In this document: one piece after another, positions 58,387-64,000 of the stretch | Layout of the letters: each line of letters opens with the position of its first letter | Numbering within the stretch: position 1 is the stretch's first letter | Assembly (NCBI RefSeq): GCF_963506605.1 | Contig: NC_083288.1 | Location: 27,776,001 to 27,840,000, forward strand | Length of the DNA stretch: 64,000 nt | Direction: 5' to 3' | Source of the DNA: Zootoca vivipara | Lineage: Eukaryota | Position numbers and translations under genes: made by a program | The notes under the pieces: model-generated | The model's database searches: none | What the model was told of the DNA's origin: nothing | The model's input: only the letters and a program-made list of their open reading frames with translations

Positions 58387-59354
58387 CAATAGTGTAAATG
58401 TTACTGAGAAGTGCAAGCATGTTGGGAATGCTGGGTGAGGAGAGCATATCTTTGTTTAACACTCTCTCCTGCCATGTGATGCCCAAAATCTTCCTGACAC
58501 CATGTATATGGAAGACATTGAGGTGCCACTGTTGGTGGAAGTTGCCTATGATTCACTTCCATAAAGCAGTGTACTCAACATGCAGGCCTTTGTATTCACC
58601 TTTGTATTTCACCTTTGTATTGGACATTAGCATCATATTCTCCCATACCCTTTTGGAGAGGCGAGCTATTGCTGTCTTGCCAATACACTTGCCAATACAC
58701 AGCATCAATGGGAAAGTTGGTGGTTATTCTGGAGGCCAGGTAGACAAAATCGTCTACCATCTGCCTGGAGTACTGGTGACAGTGTCCTGACCTAGGGGAT
58801 TTCTTTTTGTCAGGTTGATAGAGAGGACAAACTCCATGCAGGCTTGGGCAAAATGGTCAAGGAGTCTCTGTAGAGCTTCTTTAGAGTTTGCCGGTCTTGG
58901 CGCAGAGACATGCCAGGTTGAACAGACCCCGTCGCTCCTTCAATGGGATGGAATGGAAATACACACTGTCTTCAGTTTCTCATTGCCGTATTTTATTAGG
59001 ATGGCTTTGCTTTCTTTGGGTATACCCTTGTGCTCACGGTCACAATCTAGGTTGCTGCCACCCATGCTTAAGCTCACTGAATACAAAGCAGCTGTGTGTA
59101 CCACCCCTTTCCCTAGGGTCTGGTATGGTTTCAGATTGGATGAGGACTACGTGTTGAGATTCCTGCACTGTGGGAGGGGTCAGACTAGATGCCCACCAGG
59201 TTCCCTTCCAAATCTACAATTCTATGCATCTATGACTTTCATTGCATGATATACCAATGTAATATATACAACAAAGGTCACAACTTTAAGAAGATATCAA
59301 ATTTAGGGTGATTAATAAGTACACAGCAGCCACTAAAAATAATAATAATAAAAA

Positions 59355-60281
59355 TTAGAACAATATTTTCCTCTTTGTCATTCTCTTCATTGCCTTTTTC
59401 ACCTCTGTGTTCCTCAAGGTATAAATGATGGGGTTTAGCATTGGTGTTATAACAGTGTAAAAAAGGGAGAGGAATTTATCTCGTTCTAAAGAATAATTGG
59501 ATTTGGGCTGCAAGTACATAAAGCTGGCTGTGCCATAGAAAAGTGTCACCATGATGAGGTGTGAAGAACAGGTGGAGAACAACTTCTGCCTACCTGTAGC
59601 TGAAGGCACCCTTAATATGGTGCCAAGGATACAGGCATAGGATATGAGTATGAAGACGAAAGGTATCAGAGTGATGATCAAACTGCTCACTAGCATCACT
59701 GCTTCATTCAGAGATGTATCAGCACAGGCTAGCTTCAAAACTGGTGGGAAGTCACAGAAGAAATGGTTGATCTTGTTAGAGCCACAGTATGGCAAGCTGA
59801 ATGCCCAGCTTGTATTGACCAGCGGAAGAAGAATGCCACACAGCCATGAAGCCAAAGTTAGGCGGACACAAACACCTTTGGACATCAAAACCATATAGTG
59901 CAAAGGGAGGCATATTGCAAGGTACCGGTCGTAAGACATCACAGCCAAGAGGAAGCACTCTACTGTTCCTAGGAATAAAAGAAAATACATCTGGAGAGCA
60001 CAGCCGCTGAACGAGATAGACTTGTCTCTTGAAACAAGGTCATGCAGCATCTTGGGGAGGGTGACTGTGGTATAGCAAATCTCCAGGAGTGATAGAACGC
60101 TGAGAAAGAAATACATCGGGGAATGAAGGTTTGTGTCTGCAAAAGTGATGGCAATGATGAAAGAGTTCCCAGTTACAGTGACCACGTAGACAGCAGAAAG
60201 TAGAAGAAGCATGGGAATCTGCACCTCCAAATGGCTGGGAAATCCAAGGAACATGAAATAGCTGGTGGAAGTTGCATTCAT
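59355..60281 (-). CDS. Class II olfactory receptor (OR-10, 308 aa; OR10-like)
   Basis: Intact OR motifs; NAT sequon; minus-strand acceptor CTCTCTCCAG ending at 60310. Confidence 0.95.
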   Translation of the reverse strand: MNATSTSYFMFLGFPSHLEVQIPMLLLLSAVYVVTVTGNSFIIAITFADTNLHSPMYFFLSVLSLLEICYTTVTLPKMLHDLVSRDKSISFSGCALQMYFLLFLGTVECFLLAVMSYDRYLAICLPLHYMVLMSKGVCVRLTLASWLCGILLPLVNTSWAFSLPYCGSNKINHFFCDFPPVLKLACADTSLNEAVMLVSSLIITLIPFVFILISYACILGTILRVPSATGRQKLFSTCSSHLIMVTLFYGTASFMYLQPKSNYSLERDKFLSLFYTVITPMLNPIIYTLRNTEVKKAMKRMTKRKILF

Positions 60282-61048
60282 TCTTACAGTATCACCAGAG
60301 TGATCTTATCTGGAGAGAGAAACAACAACATTTCTTGACATTTCTGTCCCTGTAAGGAGGGGCACTGCATTATGTAAATCAATAGTAAGAGAATGAAGGA
60401 ATTGGAGATTAATTACATCAGTGACATTTTACTGGGGCTTAAGTCTGTAGGCCTGTTCAGCCACCTTTCTCCAAGTCCATTTGTACTCAGTCAGTTCTGC
60501 ACACAAATAATTGCATGTACACAGTGCACACTCAAAACATACTAAAAAAGAAAACTCAAGTGAGCGTAATACAATTATTTTAGACTGTTCTTTTAACCTT
60601 TAACTTTAATAATACATTTTTAAAAACAATATTTAACTGTTGTGATTTGGCCCTATGACCTTGGAGTGAGGGGTGGTTACTAAATCAAAATAAAAACAAC
60701 AATCACAAGTTTGTTTTTAAATGCACACTTTAAAAAATATCATAAGGTTACTGGATGCTTCTCTGTCTCCCGTTCTCTCTGACGCGTGCACAAACACATT
60801 TTAGTTAAGTAGGTTGATCTTTGACAACTCTCCCATTTCCTACCTTGTGCAAATGTTTTTCAGGTCAGCCTATGCCTTCACTCTATAACTAAACCTATCC
60901 CTCTCATCTTCTTTCTTACACATCTGCTTTAAAATTCCAGGACCAGATCCCACTTCTTTAGATGTGCTCTTCCGTTATTTCTTTTTCCCAGCATCTCCAG
61001 TAAGGGCCACGAATGATCCCTGTTTGTAACACTGCCTGAAGCCACTGC

Positions 61049-61304
61049 TCTTCTTCTTTCTTTGGCGGTCACTCGTAGCTGAGTAAGATTGTCTTCCATA
61101 CACGGTTTTAACAATGAGTCCGTAAGTGACTGTGGAGGCCAATTCTGGATCCACACGTCCTTCCACAGTGGGGACGTAGGGGCAGGAGTTGATCACGGTG
61201 AGGGTTTGCCAAGAGTGCCTTCCTCTTAGCACATTTCTTCCTTGCGTCCTGAGTTCGAGTGTCTTCAAAACCCATAACACCTTTGGTAAAGGTTGTTCTC
61301 CAAC
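61049..61304 (-). mobile_element. RTE-clade LINE 3' end inserted in a tRNA-SINE (about 60985-61390)
   Basis: Minus-strand zinc finger PHCGRTCGSRIGLHSHLRTH, (AAG)n tail, 9-bp TSD AGCCACTGC (61040-61048, 61305-61313). Confidence 0.85.
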
Positions 61305-64000
61305 AGCCACTGCAAGTCAATATTGACAACACTGAGATAGATTGACTGCTGGTCTGACCCAGGATATGACAGCTGCCTATCTTCTTACATCCCAAGGTCA
61401 CCTCTTCATGCATCAGTCCTCATCCTTCTCCAATTATATTCAACATTTCCTCATTGGTGTTCCTTTAGATCTAACACCATTTACAAACTCTTCTCCAGTA
61501 ACATATCTGACACGTCTCTGGTTTCCCTTCATCCATCAGTGCAGATCTCTGCTCCACTTATCATTAGATCTTTTCTTATAGAAAAGTTTGATAATTAATA
61601 AGCTATATTAATGTACATTATTGTCTATGCACAAATATTTACAAACTGTTCATCACAGTAGCACCCAGGGTGGATGTGAGTTCTCAGAAAGGAATCACAC
61701 TTTGCTATCCTGAATGGTTGTGCACCTTTTTTTTATTAAAACACCCCTTTTTTGCCTTTGTACACTATTCCCCCCCCCAAGTCTCTAGAGGGACTGGAAA
61801 GAAAGGAATGATACAGAGACAAATAGCTTATAACTCTCAAACATCAAACAATTACAGTATTCTAACAGTATTCTATCTTAGGCTGCTACTCTCAGTACCA
61901 AAACCTCTGCCTTCCTGGCCACAAAGGGGGAGATTGTCTATTCACTCACCTTAGTTCCCCAGCAGTCTTCTTAAAATGGTTGCCAGTGCCAATAACTCCA
62001 CAACAAAAATGAAATTTAAAAGCCCCGCTTCAAGGAATTTCCGGGCTTGCTCTCAGTAAAATAACCCCCCTTTCTCACTACAGGCTCATAGCCCCTAATG
62101 GTGGTTGTTTGATGCTTCAACTCTGCTGAATATGTGCAAGAATATTATTCCACTGGAATTCTTAAAAGAACATACACCCTTGTGTTACAGTTTTACCTTG
62201 CAGAACATGGTTCATAAAATGGCTCTGATCCATCTTTAATAAACCCAACTTTCGCTTTTTTGAGGATGACTTTACTTTTCTATGCTGTCCTTAGACTAGT
62301 CAGATAACACCAGCTAAAAGCATAACATTGCAATGACACAAACGGCTTTTGTTCTGGTCCACCATAAAGGTTCAACCTAAATCTCCTACAGTTGTGCCAG
62401 AGGAATTCTAAGTGTAATTCTCCTAGGATTTATAAACAACTAGTTAATTGTTGTGGCTTTTGCAATTTAGCTCCACATTGAATTGTGGATACGAATGCAT
62501 GTGTTTTAATACCACATTCACACCATACATTTAAAGCACTCTTAGGTCCCATCAGCACTATACATGTAAATCACTTTAAGTAGGCATGATTTCACTGAAA
62601 GAATTCTGGCAACTATAATTGTTAAGAGTACTGAGCAGGGGCACCGACTTGGGCCCCAGATTGTGGGTCCCAGCGGCGTGCATGACATAATGTGATGGGA
62701 TGGCATTATGTTAAGGCATGCATGCCACATCAGTGCCTGGGAGTACTGGAATTCATGTCTGAGGCCCCGCATGGCCTTGGACTCCACCTCTGAGGCCTAG
62801 GACACCACCCCCAAGACCCCACAAGGCCTGAGATGTAACCTCTGGTGGTTCGTAAGGTCCCGAAAGTCACACTGGAGGCCCCATGAGACCACAGACACCA
62901 GCCCTGAGGCCCCGCGAGACCTCGGGACATGACTTCCAGTGCTTCACAAGGGCCTGGAAGCTGTGTCCAAGGTTCCATGAGGCAGAATGATTTAAAAATA
63001 TATCCTTCAAGTATTGCAGCTCTGTGGGAGAAAGGGGGTTTCCTAGTAACTCTCAGTGTCCTTGACAAAGTACAGTTTCCAGGAATTTTTAAGGGAAGCT
63101 ATGACTGTTCAAAGTGGTTGTAATTCTGAACTGTCTTCTTCTCTGGAAGGGTCAGGCTGGGGAGGTGGTCTCCACCATTCCTCCTCTGTCCAGTCCCTGA
63201 CAACACCCAAACCTACAAGTGTTCCTTAGGACACCTAAGAGAACACCATGCAAAATTGTTAACATGCAGGTAATAATTGGGAGAGACCCAATATTGATTG
63301 ATACTTCAGCATACATAAATGGATGGATGTGCAGATATTTTCTTGATATTTCCTCAGGACACACCAAAATAATTGTACTGTGATTTCCAAAGAAATTCAG
63401 GACAGAGTTGTATGTCTCATGTGAATCTCCTCCCAGCAAATCCTTACAAGTTATCCCTGTGTGTATTATTAATGTGTTAAACAAATCCCAAGCGAGGGAC
63501 ATTATTTTATATAAAACATTTCCTTTCTCTGTTTCACATGCATCAGAAAGCATTGCTGTTTGGCAGGGAAATCAGGTTAGAGAATACATTCGGTATTTGC
63601 TATTCTTGTTTTCAATCCTCAAATGATATGTAATTAATGACGCCTTCAGATTTGCATTGTATTTCCTTTGCATTTGAATGAATGGCCTTTGTATTGGTTA
63701 GAGAGAATATAAAGATTAGTACAGCTTTGGCTAAACAATCATATCCAGGCTATGTCCACAGCAGCACCCCTTTATTGCTATGTTTAGGCTGAAACCCTGT
63801 ATACCTACCTGCATGGGAGAGTAAGTCCCATTGAACTGAAAGAGGTTAACTTCTGAGCAGACATGTTTAAGATTGCATTGTTAATCACTCCTTTGTAATC
63901 CAAGGTGCACTGACATGGCTACAGCTTATCTGGTTGATGTTGGGGGCAAAGCAGGACAGCAGAAAAGTCAGGACTGGATGGACATATTGGTGTGGGATTT

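Larger units (their letters stand above)
57590..59110 (-). mobile_element. Decayed RTE-clade LINE with nested insertions
   Basis: Minus-strand GHVRRMEDDMIPKAMLY and RELASDTRPVGRP..YKDVCKHDM; continues 58400-59110. Confidence 0.7.

Noticed and set aside
61944-62450. Possible 5' non-coding exon donor (minus-strand AG|GTGAGT at 61949) and promoter for OR-10
   Set aside because: Short motifs only; cannot be supported without transcript data
62636-62980. GC-rich stretch with GAGGCCCC repeats, possible MITE
   Set aside because: No matching second terminus or TSD found

Overview
Vertebrate genomic DNA, most likely a squamate and probably a lacertid lizard (inferred from Sauria SINEs, Bov-B, CR1 and L2 repeats). 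The window is an olfactory receptor (OR) cluster: nine intact class II OR coding exons (eight on +, one on -) and one OR pseudogene. Many transposons are nested between them. These include an L1-clade ORF2 that is uninterrupted across the 3.1 kb inside the window, two 5'-truncated L1s, a 1.26-kb non-coding L1-mobilised element, a non-autonomous Helitron, hAT and Tigger MITEs, RTE/Bov-B, Penelope-like pieces and solo LTRs. There is also a young full-length Gypsy chromovirus (Tf1/sushi/PEG10-like) at 47605-53420. Its integrase tail carries, after the chromodomain, two tandem acidic IF-x9-FLGF motifs with a synonymous-biased substitution pattern. They resemble the LEDGF/TFIIS-N-terminal-domain-binding (IBM/TIM) motifs of JPO2/CDCA7L, suggesting a host-factor tethering system for integration. 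Other notable points: a tRNA-independent self-priming PBS, a pol ORF that reads through the 3' LTR, and two different L1s inserted at the same position and orientation in two separate CR1 copies. All repeat-family names are recognised from memory, not from database searches.
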